A stretch of 64,000 nt of DNA from positions 98,582,001 to 98,646,000 of the forward strand of contig NW_024704743.1 of the NCBI RefSeq assembly GCF_018977255.1, given 5' to 3'. Positions 37,632 through 50,739 of the stretch are shown here, in pieces. This DNA comes from Callorhinchus milii (Eukaryota). A model generated the notes under the pieces. It saw only the letters and a program-made list of their open reading frames with translations. It did no database searches and was not told the origin of the DNA. Each line of letters begins with the position of its first letter. Within the stretch, counting starts at the first letter, position 1. The translations under genes and the position numbers were made by a program.

Positions 37632-38300
37632 TACTACAACAAAATTACATTTGTATTTCGCCTTTCCCGTCAGGAGGACGTCTCAAGGCACTGGACAGAC
37701 AGAGCTTCGGACCCGAGCTGGGGATCAGGGTCGGGGAGGGTGAAGCGCAAGTGGGGAAGCAGGGTGATTGAAAGCACAGTCGAAGAGGAGGATCTTGAGA
37801 TGGGTCTTGAAGGTGGCAAGGGAGGGGGCGAGGCGGAGGGACGGCGGGATGGAGTGCTAGGGGGTGGGGGCAGAATGGCAGAAGGTCCGCCAGCCAACAG
37901 TGGGGCAAGCAAGGCGGGGACGTGAAGCAGGCCGGAGCCCGCTGAGCGGAGAGAGCGAGCAGGATGGTAGGGGATTAGGAGATCACAGAGCTAGGGGGGA
38001 GCAAGACCATGGAGGGCTTTGAAGGTGAGGACCAGGATCTTGAACTGTATCCCCTGTGTGATGGGAAGCCAGTGGAGTTGGGCAAGGATGGGGGTGATAG
38101 GGTCACGGAGCCTAGTGCGGGAGAGGACCCAGGATACAGAGTTCTGGGTGATCTGCAGCCTATGGAGGGAGGAGTTGGGGAGGCTGACAAGAAGGGTGTT
38201 TGCAAAGTCAAGCCTCGATGCAATGAAAGCATGTATGAGTGTTTCGGTGGCCTGTGGTGTGGGACAGTGGCGGAGCCGGGGCGATGTTGCAGAGGTAGAG
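37632..38300 (-). mobile_element. L2 3' fragment
   Basis: ORF 37991..38386 (AFIASRLDFANTLL, LHWLPI); tail at 37632-37700. Confidence 0.92.
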
Positions 38301-39740
38301 TGCGGAGATACTACAGTGTGAAGAAAAAGTACTGCATAGTGTCGAGACTGAATCAGAAGCAGAAAGTGGCCCCCTCCCACCACCACTTGAATAATTAGTC
38401 TGTAATGAGTGAGCCAGAGCTGTCAGTCTTGGACATCTGCACTGATGTCGGCCAGCTCCTAGACATTAGTTTTAGCAATGATTAATGTTGCTGGTTCCGG
38501 GGGTGGGGGGGGTGGGCATGATAGCAGCATGCGTAAATTTCTCCCTGTGGCAGCGAATTCTACGAATTTTCCCCTAAGGCAACAACCCAATCCTTCGTAA
38601 TCAAATCATCTCAATTCAACCAGAATATTCTGAATAAACTGTACATTGATCCACATAACAACAACTTGTTATCATGATACATGATTATAATCTTCATGGA
38701 GAGGAATATGGGGAAAAGAAAGATAAATGGGATTGAATGGATTTTTCTTTCAAAGCGACATGGTCTTATTCTGTGCTATTAATCTCCATGGTTCCATCTC
38801 AAACTAAGTTCATGGCCATTGGTGTTCATAGATGCTCCAAAACATACAATAATAGTAATCCCTTTCCTCGGGAACATTGTCTTGCAGGGCTATCAAAGCG
38901 AAGCGGCAAATCAATCTGCAGCAGAAAATATTGCCCTGAGGAAAATCTGCCACTTCATTGTGTTTACTCGCTTTTCATAATGTACCAGAGCAGAAAAAGT
39001 ATAAGGGTCAGCCACGCATATTGTTGGCTCATGTCAGTATGCATATATATTGGATAAAAGTGTCAACAGCCAAACTTTTTCCCTAAAACATAAACCAAAC
39101 CTAGTTTACAAGTGCTAGCTGGCTTCACATCGCTTACCTACTATTTCCTTTTGAAGATTGACTTGTAGGTTCAACAAGTGGGAATCCTGTGCTCCAACAA
39201 CAACTTGAATTTGCATAGCACGCTTCATGTGGGTTTACAGTCTCGGAGAGCTGAACAGTTACGTAGTCTGACTCTAAGCCAAAGAGCTACCTAAAGGTGC
39301 CACTGATGAGCCTGACAGGCGATCAGTCAAAAACAGCGCCCTGCAAAACTGCACACCTGGCTAGCTCAGGTACTCGAGCCCAGACTCCATTCCAAAAATT
39401 TGATTAAGCTCCACTTTCCATTTACCATCATCAAAGAGCGTGTTTAACATCAGGGAAATCTTGCTCATCTTCCAACCAGCCCAGTTCCCCTCCCCTCATA
39501 GTCACAAGTTAAATAGTTGCAAAGCATTTGATACTTATTCTAGATGGATAGATGATATCAAGACACTTAATAATACTGGCTGGGTACCTGAGCTGGCAGT
39601 GTGAGTGGAGTGGGTGGAGAGGACAAAGATGACTGGAAGAGATAGTCTTAAGATGGACCTTAAGTGATTTTGATTGATCCCTGAATGCTGGTAGCATCAA
39701 CATAGAAAGCATGGGATGAGTTATTGAGTTCCAGACAGTG

Positions 39741-40054
39741 TAATAATAATAATAATCCTTGCATTTGATATAGCGCTTTTCACGTCGGGAGGACGTCCCA
39801 AAGCGCTTCACAGAACACACTGTAAAGTGAATTGACTGTATATTTGTGGGCGAACGCGGCAGCCAATTGCGCACAGCAATGTCCCACAAACAGTCGTAGA
39901 TTGAAAATGACCAATTTATTATTGGTTTTGGAGGGATTATTATCAGGCTCTGTGTGGAGTAAGGAAACTTGCCCAAGGCTTCGCCCTGCCTGGAATTGAA
40001 CTCAGGTCTCTCACTTGCAAAGCGAGTACTCTAACCACTGAGCTACAGGACTCC
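39741..40054 (-). mobile_element. tRNA(Ala)-headed SINE, short variant, full length
   Basis: Same structure as 31002-31320. Confidence 0.92.
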
Positions 40055-40199
40055 AATAATAATAGAATTATAGAATAATAGAATTAATAACAGAAGATAC
40101 ATTAATTGCTCAAGGCTTATGGTCACCTCCCCCCATGATCTTATTTTTAATACGAGTCTCCATAAACTTTACCTACAATGGATAGCAAAGTGAGTGTTG

Positions 40200-40400
40200 T
40201 TTTTTGGGTCACGTTTGCTGCATTCTTTAAAAATAGGAGTTACATCTGCCTTTCTCCAGTACCCAGGCACCTCTCTAGTATCCAGTGATTTCTGAAAGAT
40301 TCACGCCAGAATTCCTGGAATTCCCTCCCTTAGTTCCTTGATGATCTTCGGATGCAATTTATCCAGCTCTTGGGATTTGTTTACCTTAAGTTTGCACAGC
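40200..40400 (-). mobile_element. Old CR1 RT fragment
   Basis: ORF 40301..40510 contains LKVNKSQELDKLHPKIIKEL. Confidence 0.65.
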
Positions 40401-40641
40401 TGTTTGGCAACCATGTGGCAGTACATACACAAAAAGAGAAACGGAATACAAAAACTATGTGCAACTAATTCAGTGAAGTTTTGTGAGCTTCCAGGATTAA
40501 CAAGTTTCAATATTTTTATGAAAAGTCAACCAATAAAATAGATAAAATAGAATGAAAATAAAATTCTTAGAAAAAATGTTAAAGAGGTGGAAAATAAGAA
40601 ATGAGAAAGATGGCAAATAATGATCAGGAATAATTCTAAAA

Positions 40642-40885
40642 GCAACAACAAATTTATATTTGTATAGCAGGTTTCACTTCGGAAGGGTGTCCCAAAGTGT
40701 TTGATAGTCCTGGTTTGGCACCCAAGCTGGGGATGGGAACTGAGGGAGTTGAGGTGGGAGAGAAAGATCACCAAAGGCGTAGTCAATGAGGAAGGCCTCA
40801 AGATGGATCTTGAAAGAGGCAAGGAAAGAGGCAAAGACCTTGATGGAATTCCAGAAAGTGGGCACACATAGGCTAAAAGCAAGAC
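40642..40885 (-). mobile_element. L2 3' end
   Basis: caacaacaaatttatatttgtatagc...; minus-strand translation PTFWNSI..SFKIHL. Confidence 0.75.
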
Positions 40886-41192
40886 ATTTATTTGTGAAGA
40901 TCAATAAACAAAGTTTGGAAAGGAAAGAGAAACTAGCATTTTTAAACAACCTATAATGTCAAAACATTTCAACACATTTTACAGTAATTATTGTTAAGTA
41001 CAGTAACTTTCTGTAGCCATACAAGGAAGCAATTTTTCACACAAACAGGTGTAAGGTAAATAACCAATGAATCCGTAAGGTTGTTGGGACTGACAGGACA
41101 GTCAGATTAGAAACTCCTTTCTAATCCTGAATATTCACCTGAAGAAGCAGATGCAACGTCAGGTCATAGCACCCTAGTTGTTCTGCTCTCAT

Positions 41193-41845
41193 TACAACAA
41201 TTTACATTTATATAACGCCCTTTATGCTGTACTGCATCTCAGAGTACTTAACAGTGGCAGAGCCCGATGCTGAGCCAGGTGGGGGGGGAAGGTGACTGTA
41301 GGCACGGTCAAAGAGGAAAGTTTTCAAGCCCGACCTGAAAATGGGGAGAGAATGGGCAAGGCAAAGGGATGGAGGGAGAGAGTTCCATAGCTTCAGGGGT
41401 AGTGGCTAAAAGTACAGCGCCAATGGTGGGACAGAGGGTCCGGAGGCCAGGGAGCCAGAGCTAGTTAAACAGAGGCAACGGGTAGTAGTGTAGGGAAAGA
41501 GCAGGTTGAAGAGATTGGGAGGTGCCAGGGCATGAAGGGACTTAACTACAATTGTGAGTATTTTGAAATCGATCCGCTCTGTGACAGGGAACCAATGGAG
41601 TTTGACAAGGACTGGGGTAATGGAGGTACGGAGTTTAGGTGAGAATGTGGGTGGCAGAGTTTTGAATTAGTTGAATTTTGTGAATAGTGGAGCAGGGGAG
41701 ACCAGCGAAGAGGGCATTTGAGTAGTCAAGACGGGAGGTGATAAAGGCATGGACGAGGGTTTCGGCAGTGAGATATGGACAGAGGCAGGCAAAGTGGTGG
41801 AGATGGAAGAAAGCGATCCTGGCCAGGGACCGGATGTGGGGAGGG
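41193..41845 (-). mobile_element. Older L2 3' fragment
   Basis: ORF 41635..41895 contains ETLVHAFITSRLDYSNAL. Confidence 0.85.
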
Positions 41846-41847
41846 AT

Positions 41848-42648
41848 AGGGTATGGAGAGCAAGGAGAAGAGTGGGAATAGACAAAGTAGCTCATGTGGA
41901 GGATAGCAGTGCATAAGATGAGTGGCTATTTAAATAGCTTTGTATTATTCTAAGTAAAGAACATGTACATTAAACACTGCATTAATATCTGAAACGAAAA
42001 ATCAGCTCCCAATTTGCCTTCTTGTTGAAAGAGGATGTATGGAAATATACAATATCTGTATGGAAATTACTAAATGGAATCTACAAAAAAAAATTTATAA
42101 TGAAAGTTAATTTGATCATAGTTTGTACCCCTTTATATATCTTCATTGAATTTAAGATTAGAAGAAATAATTGGTTTAGTTTTGGTTTTAGTGGTGGAAA
42201 TATACATGCATTAAATAGTTTTGTGTATTGAAATACATTGGAATTCTCTATTGTTCAAGTCTGCATTTGGATTAACTTATCTATTCCCATTATTTTCTCA
42301 TTTGAGACTACCATTCTTTAAAATTGACTCAAGGAAAGGGAAGACTTGTAAAGCCTCTAACAAAGCATGCAATTTTTAGACTTTGTTTCCTTTCCCACTC
42401 CAAATTCACAACAGATAAATAACAAATATCCAACATATTCACATGGTGATAGAGATTTTCTGTATCAACAAGTTCACATGGCCTGCAAAAACTAAATCTG
42501 TTGCTATGTGGAATTGATAGATAATAAGCATGTGTTCTTTACTTAGAATAATACAAAGCTATTTAAATAGCCACTCAACTGATGCACTGCTATCCTCCAC
42601 ATGAGCTACGTAGTTTAATCGCACTCTTCTGCTTGCTCTCCATACCCT
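41848..42648. repeat. ~116-bp inverted repeat (41848-41963 / 42533-42648) with a ~570-bp spacer
   Basis: gtagctcatgtggaggatagcagtgcat..tgagtggctatttaaatagctttgtattattctaagtaaagaaca is present in reverse complement at 42533-42609. The outer ~40 bp also align. Confidence 0.9.
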
Positions 42649-43552
42649 GTATAGATCTCTTTTTCAAGCATTTATCTAATTCCCATTTAAAATAATTTAT
42701 GGAGAGGGACAGTCATTATGATCTGCTTCAGCCTAAACGTGTTGAGTACATAAGAGCAGTAACATACCGAGGAGGTTATAATGATGTCAGCAAAATAAAG
42801 CCTTAACAGAGGAGCAATGTGCTAACTGCCTCAAAACAAATTCCAACCTGTCTTACTCTTTAAAATACAGGTAGCACTTTTGAAAAACAAATGTTAAAAT
42901 GTCACATGAAGATAATAGATCAACCAAAATACATTGCAAGCATTCTGGTGCTGAGCTCAGGCACTTCACACTATACAAATGTAATTGTATTGTACTTCTC
43001 CAGCTAATATATAGAAAAGGCATAGAAACTATGCTTCAAATGTGATTTATTTTCAAGGACTTTGCCAAGACTGAACTTCCAAGAGGAAAGTAAATGTATG
43101 AACTGGAAGAAGCTGATTGTGATGTCAAGGTTGAAATTGTGAATGTTAACTGTGAAATTTTAATTCAACTCAGTTTGGTAATGCTACATGTAATTGACTC
43201 CAATGTCAAGTTTGAAGCTTTATGGAGCTACATTTGGTTGCAAGAGGTGGCTTGGTGAAGACATAATTATGACAGCTGACTGCAACTACATCACTGAGGA
43301 CCAATGATGTTCATCCTTTTGATCTGAACCTGAAATCCATCTGCTGGTAGAGTCACTGTTAAATTTATAGTTTGTCAGCTGTATCTTTTCAGTTAATTAA
43401 TTTAATTAAGATTTACATTAATCTCAATCTGTTTTATTTAACTTCTAAATTCTCAAAGATTTTGTTTACCTCATATAATGAAATTTCTCTGAATAGTAAA
43501 AGTGGAGCAGGCCAAGATCATGGTATTTACTTATATTCATATAGAATTGGTA

Positions 43553-43778
43553 GCAACAACAACAACAAGATTCCATTTATAGAGTGCCTTTCACGTCGGG
43601 AGGACGTCCCAAGGCGCTGGACAGTTGGGTCAGGACCCGAGCAAGGGGGAAATGGTCAGGGGGAGGGGAGGGAAGGTAGGGAGCGAGGAGGGGGTAGAGA
43701 GTCGAGAGGGGAGCTAAAAGCACGGTCAAAAAGAAAGGTCTTGAGACCGGCCTTGAAGGAGGAAAGGGAGGAAGCAAT
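43553..43778 (-). mobile_element. Young L2 3' end
   Basis: Reverse complement of the 27030-27253 3' UTR, with (caa)n. Confidence 0.92.
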
Positions 43779-44129
43779 GGTATTGGCGTGTCTAGTGTAC
43801 GTTTGAAGCAAGGGCATGTCAGCACAGAAAAAAAATTCTCTTGCTTAGCTTATTGAATCATTAATATGACACTTACTGGTAAAAAAAAAGGTTGAAAGAA
43901 GTTTCCTTTCCTGGATTCACAAGGGATCATTTCAATATTCAAAATTGTAGATCCAACAAGACTTCATCGCTTTACATTGTGTTTCTGTTATAAAGTGATG
44001 ATTGGGTTCATAAAATGAGACCCCATCTAACAACACATCACATTGATGTGGTTGTTTGTCAACATGTCTGGGATTGTTATGTTGCCGTTCACTTGCAAAA
44101 AGTTGGTTAGTCAGCAGCAAAAATTTGGG

Positions 44130-44382
44130 AGCAAAACGCAGCAGCCAATTGCGCACAGCAGTATCCTACAAAATGGTGGATTATATGACCACTTCTTTTT
44201 GGAGGGATATTTCCCTTGGATAAGTGATCTGCCAGTCAACTAACAACCGGGTTCCTACTCACTGCGAGTTAAACAGTTTGGAATAAGGGAATTTGCCTAA
44301 GATTTCACCCTGCCTGGGAATTCAGTCCAGGTCCTCCTGCTTGTGAGGCGATTGTTCTAACCAATTCCCTACAGGATTTCAC
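44130..44382 (-). mobile_element. Decayed tRNA-SINE long variant
   Basis: gcagccaattgcgcacagca...caactaacaaccgggttcc...ctaaccaattccctacagga. Confidence 0.75.
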
Positions 44383-44934
44383 ATGTGTAATAAAGCTAGA
44401 AGTTACCCAACTTTTAGAACCAAAATTCAAGATCAAATTGTACCATGTTGCTTAATTTGGCAGAGTAAAGAAAAAGGAACTTGTATTGTTATAGTGACAA
44501 AACTAGAGTAGATCTTGTATTGGGGACTTTGGACTTTTTAATATTGTGCTTAAATTATTGTTTTAACCAATAAGGTATCAGAATTTAACATGAAAATGAG
44601 ATAAACAACTCATTCGTAGAGCATTAGAGCAGTATTTTAAACATTAATTCTCTGTTCAGCAATCATTGTAGTACATATTGTAAGATGATTTTGGCTGCAT
44701 GGAGTTTTATTTGTGGACAATACTGTTTATTGCCTCTTAAATTTGCAAAAATGTTTCTACTTTAACAGTTACAAAATAATTCTCTCGAAAATGTGCACTT
44801 TTTATAGCACCTTATCACATCAAACCATCATTACTGCCAAGTGCATTGACGTTTTGGTTAGCAAAAGTGGCAAATAATATGATGGGATCTTTAACATAGC
44901 CATGAAAGCAGGCAGAAAAACATATATTATGAGT

Positions 44935-45275
44935 AAGCTATTTATATACATGCTTCACGTAGAATAACGTCCCAAAGCGCTTCACAATGGCAGGGACGAA
45001 TGACCAGCAGGAGCAGGGAAGGTGATGGTTAAAAAGGTAGGTTTTAAGACAGATGGAGGGGCGAGATGGAGGGGTCAATGAAAGGCTGAGAATAGGAAAT
45101 CTTGGCCACCATTGGTGTCGTCTGTAAGGCAGGGATGCGCAGCAAGCTCAAGTGAGCCAGGCAGAAGGGACAAGCAGGGGAGTGGGACTTCTGAAAGATA
45201 GGGAGGAACTGGAATGTGAAGGAAATTATAGGTGAGGATGAGGACCTTGAAATCGATCCACTTAGAAATGGGAAA
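44935..45275 (-). mobile_element. Old L2 3' fragment
   Basis: ORF 45075..45326 contains IDFKVLILTY..PPYLSE. Confidence 0.7.
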
Positions 45276-46082
45276 AATACTAGTATATCTCAGATGGTTA
45301 ATAACCCATGGAGCTTCCCTGGGCAATCAAGCACACAGCTAGCTGTTTACTGTGGGTTATTTTTGGAATGTTTAATCATAGCAAGAGTAACACATGGAAA
45401 TTCTGCAACCCAGCAGCATAACTGAAAAATTCACATCCTTGTCAATGTTCCACCTGCAACTTAACCCGTCAGTTTTAAGTTGTCTGACTATCCAAACATA
45501 TGTCAATAACACCAGCTAATAATCAACTTGAATTATTATAATTGTTATTAGAATTGTTATAACCCAGTCCAAAACTAAAAAAATCTGGCTCACTGTATAT
45601 TATAATAAAATCAGACTAGGTCATAATTTAATATTCTCCTTTCATACACAATAATTTGATTATTTTCAAATATCATCATACTGTAAAAGCGCTTATTATG
45701 ATGTTTATTTTTCGCCTGTGTATGGGGCTTGTTTTAATCTCTTAATTTGTATGCATTCTGCTAATGTGAAACATTAGAGTGTTTTATATTTAGTTTTAAT
45801 ATTTTACATTTCAGGAATGTCATAAATGAAATGGAGCTAATAATTACATCTAAAAAAGGAGCGACATTTTCTGGAGCAAATCAGGGTATTAAATGTTACA
45901 AAATTTGAAAAGAATCAAATAGATTTTAGTAAAATTATGCACTTAAGAATGATATAATTGAGCTCAGTTTGGAAGAGAAAAAAATCAGTATTGGTTGACT
46001 GCTATCTAGTGGCATCTGCTGGATCATGTACCTGTATGCATCAGTGAGAACAGTATTGAGCTCTGCTCTGAGCCCCTCAGAG

Positions 46083-47170
46083 TGGAGTCCTGTAGCTTTG
46101 TGGTTAGAGTCCTCAGCCTCACAAGCGAGAAGACCTGCGTTCAATTCCTGGATAGAGCGCAACATTGGGCAAGTTTCCTTTCGCCACACGCCTCTATTTA
46201 CCTAGCAGTAAGTAGGAACCTAGTTGTTAGTCAATTGGTGGATCACTTTTCCAGGGGTAATAATCCCTTCAAAAAAGTAATAATAATTTTGTCACTCAAT
46301 CCACAACTATGAGGCAATGCTGTGTGCAATTGGCTGCCGTGTTTCACCCACAAAATAGAGAGTCAATTCACTTCACGGTATATTCCGTGAAGCGCTTAGA
46401 GACATCTTGAAGACGTGATAAGGTGCTATATAGAAATATAGAAACAGCAGTGGGCTATTCAGCCCCACGAGTCTGTTCCACCATTTTATAAAATCATGGC
46501 TGATCTGTACCTCAAGTCCAGTTACCCGGCCTTGTCTCAACAACAACAACAAAACTACATTTATAGAGCGCCTTTTACATCGGGAGGGAAGGGTCTTTTA
46601 CATCTCGAAGAGAAGGGTCTTGAGACCGGCCTTGAAGGAGGCACGGAAAAGGGACCGTGGAATGGAATTCCAGAGTGTGGGGGCAGAGAGGCTGAAAGCC
46701 CGGCCACCGATGTTAGGGCGGATCGGGTGGGAGACATGGAGCAGGCCGGAGCCTGATGAACGGAGTGAGCGGGCAGGTTGGTAGGGAGTCAGCAGGTCAG
46801 AGAGGTAGGAGGGGGTAAGGCCATGGATGGCCTTAAAGGTGAGAATGAGGATCTTGAACTCGATTCTCTGGGGGATGGGGAGCCAGTGGAGTCGCGGAGT
46901 CTGGTGCGTGAAAGTACATGAGCTGCAAAGTTTTAATACCTAACAAATATCTATCTACTTCCATCTTGAAAATGTGAATGGAACCAGCATTCTTTTGGGG
47001 GAGAGAATTCCAGATTTTCATTACCCTTAGAGCGAAAAACAGATTGCTAATTTTGTTCCTAAATGGTCTAACTGTAATTTTAAGATTATGCTCCCTTGTT
47101 CTGGATTTCCACTCCAGAGGATATAGCTTATTTGTCTCTATCAAATGCAAGGATTATTCTTATAATTATA
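46083..47170 (+). mobile_element. Three-level nest: tRNA-SINE (+) containing a CR1 3' fragment (-, ~46430-47137), which contains an L2 3' fragment (-, ~46538-46905)
   Basis: The SINE tail ...ggtgctata resumes as tatcaaatgcaaggattatt at ~47139. CR1 ORF 46833..47150 (SRTREHNLKI, RVMKIWNSLPQ). L2 (caa)n tail at 46538. Confidence 0.85.
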
Positions 47171-47744
47171 AATCAGACTCGTGGCACCCACTATGAAGAA
47201 TAGCCACTAGAACAAGGTAATGAGAGAAGACAGGGTGTCAGAATACTGACATGAAAATAATCATAATTGACGCAATGGATCAATTATGCCAAGCACAAAT
47301 GGAAGAATAAAGAACAAAGGTTTTCTTCACTATGGAAGATAAAGTTGGTCCTTGGTTTGTAGCTGGTGTTTCTAACAACACATTGAACAGACTGGAGTAC
47401 GTGACCAAACAGGTATAAAGAACCAGAGATTTGGGGGTTAAATATGGAATAGCTGAGTTTTGGTAAAGGAGTAGCTAACCACAACCAATCTGGAGGAAAG
47501 CATGGATCAAAACAACATCAGTTAATTACTCTATCAAAGCCACTGTATTGGTCTGATCAACTCATTGCAGCAAAATTTACTAACCTTTCGTAAGCAGTAA
47601 TTTCTTTGACTATATTAAACGTATATATAACCTTGATATGTATAATCTCGTTAATTCCTTATTAAAATTTACTAATTGAAGCAAATTGAGAGTTTGTGTC
47701 AGGTCATACTTCACCACAGGATCATAATAAATGTAAGTGATAAC

Positions 47745-47920
47745 ATAATCCTTGCATTTGATACAGCGCTTTTCACGTCTTCTGGAATATACATATGAAT
47801 ATATATGAATATACATATATATGAATATACAGCATATACTGTAAAGTGAATTGACTGTATATTTGTGGGGTAAGTAACCCAAGTATTTTGTGGACAAATG
47901 AAGCAGCCAATTTTACGCTC
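47745..47920 (-). mobile_element. SINE 3' fragment with an internal AT-rich microsatellite expansion
   Basis: The tail is interrupted by atatacatatgaatatatatgaatatacatatat. Confidence 0.75.
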
Positions 47921-47930
47921 AATCAAAGGA

Positions 47931-50708
47931 TCATAGAATTATACAGCACAGAATGAGGCCATTCGGCCCATCATGTCCATGCCAGCTCTTTGAAAAGAGC
48001 GATCCAATTCAATCCCACTCCACCGCTCTCTCCCCATAGCTCTGCAGACTTGTCCTCCCCAAATAATTATCTACTTCTCTTTTAAAAGCTCTTATCGAAT
48101 TGGCTTCCACCACTCTTTCAGGCAATGTATTCCAGATCCGAACAACTCGCTGTGTGAAAAAAATTTCTTTTAACAACTATTTTAAATTGGTGTCCTCGGG
48201 TTACCGACCCACCCGCCAGTGGAAATAGCTTCTCCTTGTTCACCCTACTGAATACCCTCATAATTTTGAAAACTTCTATTAAGTCTCCTCTTAACGTTCT
48301 CTGCTCCAAGGAGAATAACCCTAGCTTCTCTAGCCTCGCCTGATAACTGAAGTCCCTCATTCCTGCTATCATCCTGGTAAATCTCCTTTGCACGAGCTTA
48401 TACTGCCTCTCCTCATTCTTCCTCCCAAAATGCATCACTTGACATTGTACTTCCCAGGTCACTTATATAGATCAAAAACAGCAGTGGTCCCAATACTGAT
48501 CCAATGGGAACACCACTGCCCACTTCCCTCCAGTCAGAAAACAATCCTTCACCACCACTCTCTGCTTTCTGTCTCCCAGATAGCTCTGTATCCATGCTGA
48601 CACTGTCCCTTCAATACCATGGGCTTCTATTTTGCTTACAAGTCTCTTATGTGGCACTTTATCAAACACCTTTATCAGACGAAAATCATGTATAAACTAC
48701 GTCAACTGCACGACCTTCATCCAACTTCTCCGTTACTTCATCAAAAAACTCTATCAAGTTTGTTATACATGATTTGCCTTTAACAAATGCATATTGGCAG
48801 TCCTTTATTAACCCATATTTTCTAAGTGAAAATTTATTTTGTTTTGGATTACAGTCTCTAGACGTTTCCCCAGTACTGACATTAAGCTGACTGGCCTGTA
48901 GTTCCCGGGTTTATCCTTCTGCCCCTTTTTGTACAGGGGAGTAACATTTGCAACCCTCGAGTCCTCTGGCACAACCCCAGTGTCCAAGGAGGATTGAAAG
49001 ATTGTGGCCAGAGCCTCCGTTATTTCCACCCTTACTTCCCTCAGTAACATAGGATGCATCCCGTCTGGACTGGGTGACTTATCTACCTTGAGCACCGTTA
49101 ACCTTTTTAGTACCTCCTCTTGGTTTATTCTTATCTTATCCAATTTCTCTACCCTCTCCTCCGGCATTGGCTGCATCCTCTTCTTTTGTGAAGACAGATG
49201 CAAAGTACTCACTCAGTACATCAGCCATGCCCTCTGCCTCCACAAAAATTTCCTCTTTGGTCCCTAATTGGACCTACCCTACCTTTGGCTAACCTTGTAT
49301 TCTTTATATGTTTATAAAATACCTTAGGGTTCCCTTTTATGTTACCCGCTAATCTTTTCTCATACAATCTCTTTGCCCCTCTTACTTCCTTTTTCAGTTC
49401 TCCTCTGTACTTTCTATATTCTATTAGATTATCTTCTGTATTTTGGACCTGATATTTATCATAAGCCTCCTTTTTCTATTTCATTTTAATCCCAATTTCC
49501 TTATTCATTCAGGGAGGTTTGGATGCCCTACCTTTCTCCTTTGTGGGAAAGTATTTGTTCTGTCTGCGAATTATCTCCTCGAAGGCTTCCCATTGCTCAT
49601 TAGCTGTTTTACCTGCTAATCTTTATTTCCAGTCCACCTTGGCTAGGTCCCTTTTTAACTCACTCAAATTAGCCCTCTTCCAGTCGAGTATCTTCACCTT
49701 TGATTGCTCCTTATCCCTTTCCATAAGTACTCTAATCTAACAATGTTGTGATCACTGTTGTCCAGGTGTTCTCCTACTGAAACCTGCTCCACTTTCCCTA
49801 CTTCATTCCCCAGAATTAGATCCAGCACTGTTTTCTTCTTCCTTCTGTGTCCCTCTGTGCACCCATTTGTTTTTGACTCCCCTCCCCAGAGGTGTCATCA
49901 CCCTGACCAGTATTCAGTACAGAGAACCACATTCAGTGCCACACTCAGGGGATTTCTGCACTGCACGTCCCCTCTTCCTACTATGCCGGGTGGTCACCCA
50001 TTCACTCTCCTTCTGAACCTTCTGTGGTTATGGGGTGACCACCTCCTGAAACGTTCGATCCAACCTCCTGTATACTATGTAGTGACACCAGTCTCTCCTC
50101 GAGCTCAGAAACTCTGAGCTCAAGCACAACAGCCAGAGGCACTTTCTACACACGTGTTTGTCCAGGGTACACAAAGCATCCTGCATTCCCACATGGCACA
50201 CATCATGCATGCAACCGGTCTCAGCTGCCCTGCCATATTCCCAGCCATGTTTATTATTTTAATATAAATATTATATATTTTATAATTATGTACCTCTTTC
50301 TCCCTCTGCACTGAATTCCCACTCTCACCTAATTCCCTAACAGAATCCCCACTCTGTTTCACCTCACTTAGTTCCCTCCTCATGCTGCTGGGCTCTCTGC
50401 TCAAGTAAAGCTCTCCTTTATATAGGACTCAAACAAAATCATCCAGCTTCGACTGGTCAGCAGATTTTTTAATCCCTAATACCTGGCCTATGATTAACTG
50501 CTAACTGACTTGCTTGCCTGCTTACATATAAGTTTGCCTCTACCTCAAGATAGATTTCCCACTTTTGTGCTGAATTAAAGAATTCTCTCTTGCTCTCCGG
50601 TATCTCTCTTGCTGAAAAATTCCCACTCTCACCAAATTCCTTAACAACATTCTCACTCTGTTCCACCTCACTCAGTTCCTCCTCGCGCTGCTGGGCTCTC
50701 TGCTCAAT
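47931..50708 (-). mobile_element. CR1 LINE with 5' UTR and ORF1 start retained but internally deleted
   Basis: ORF2 pieces (FDKVPHKRL; KSPSPDGMHP..NYRPVSLMS), a Cys-rich ORF1 N-terminus (MAGQLRPVACMMCAMWE / HVCRKC) at ~50100-50240, and ~90-bp direct repeats at ~50315-50404 and ~50619-50707. Confidence 0.9.
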
Positions 50709-50739
50709 GTTCCACAAATAATCTTGGAGTGAATGAATT

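Noticed and set aside
39303..39330. Hammerhead-like ctgatga-gcct-gac-aggc-gatc
   Set aside because: The essential GAAA box reads GATC, no helix I or III is evident, and it lies in a reversed L2-like 3' UTR remnant.
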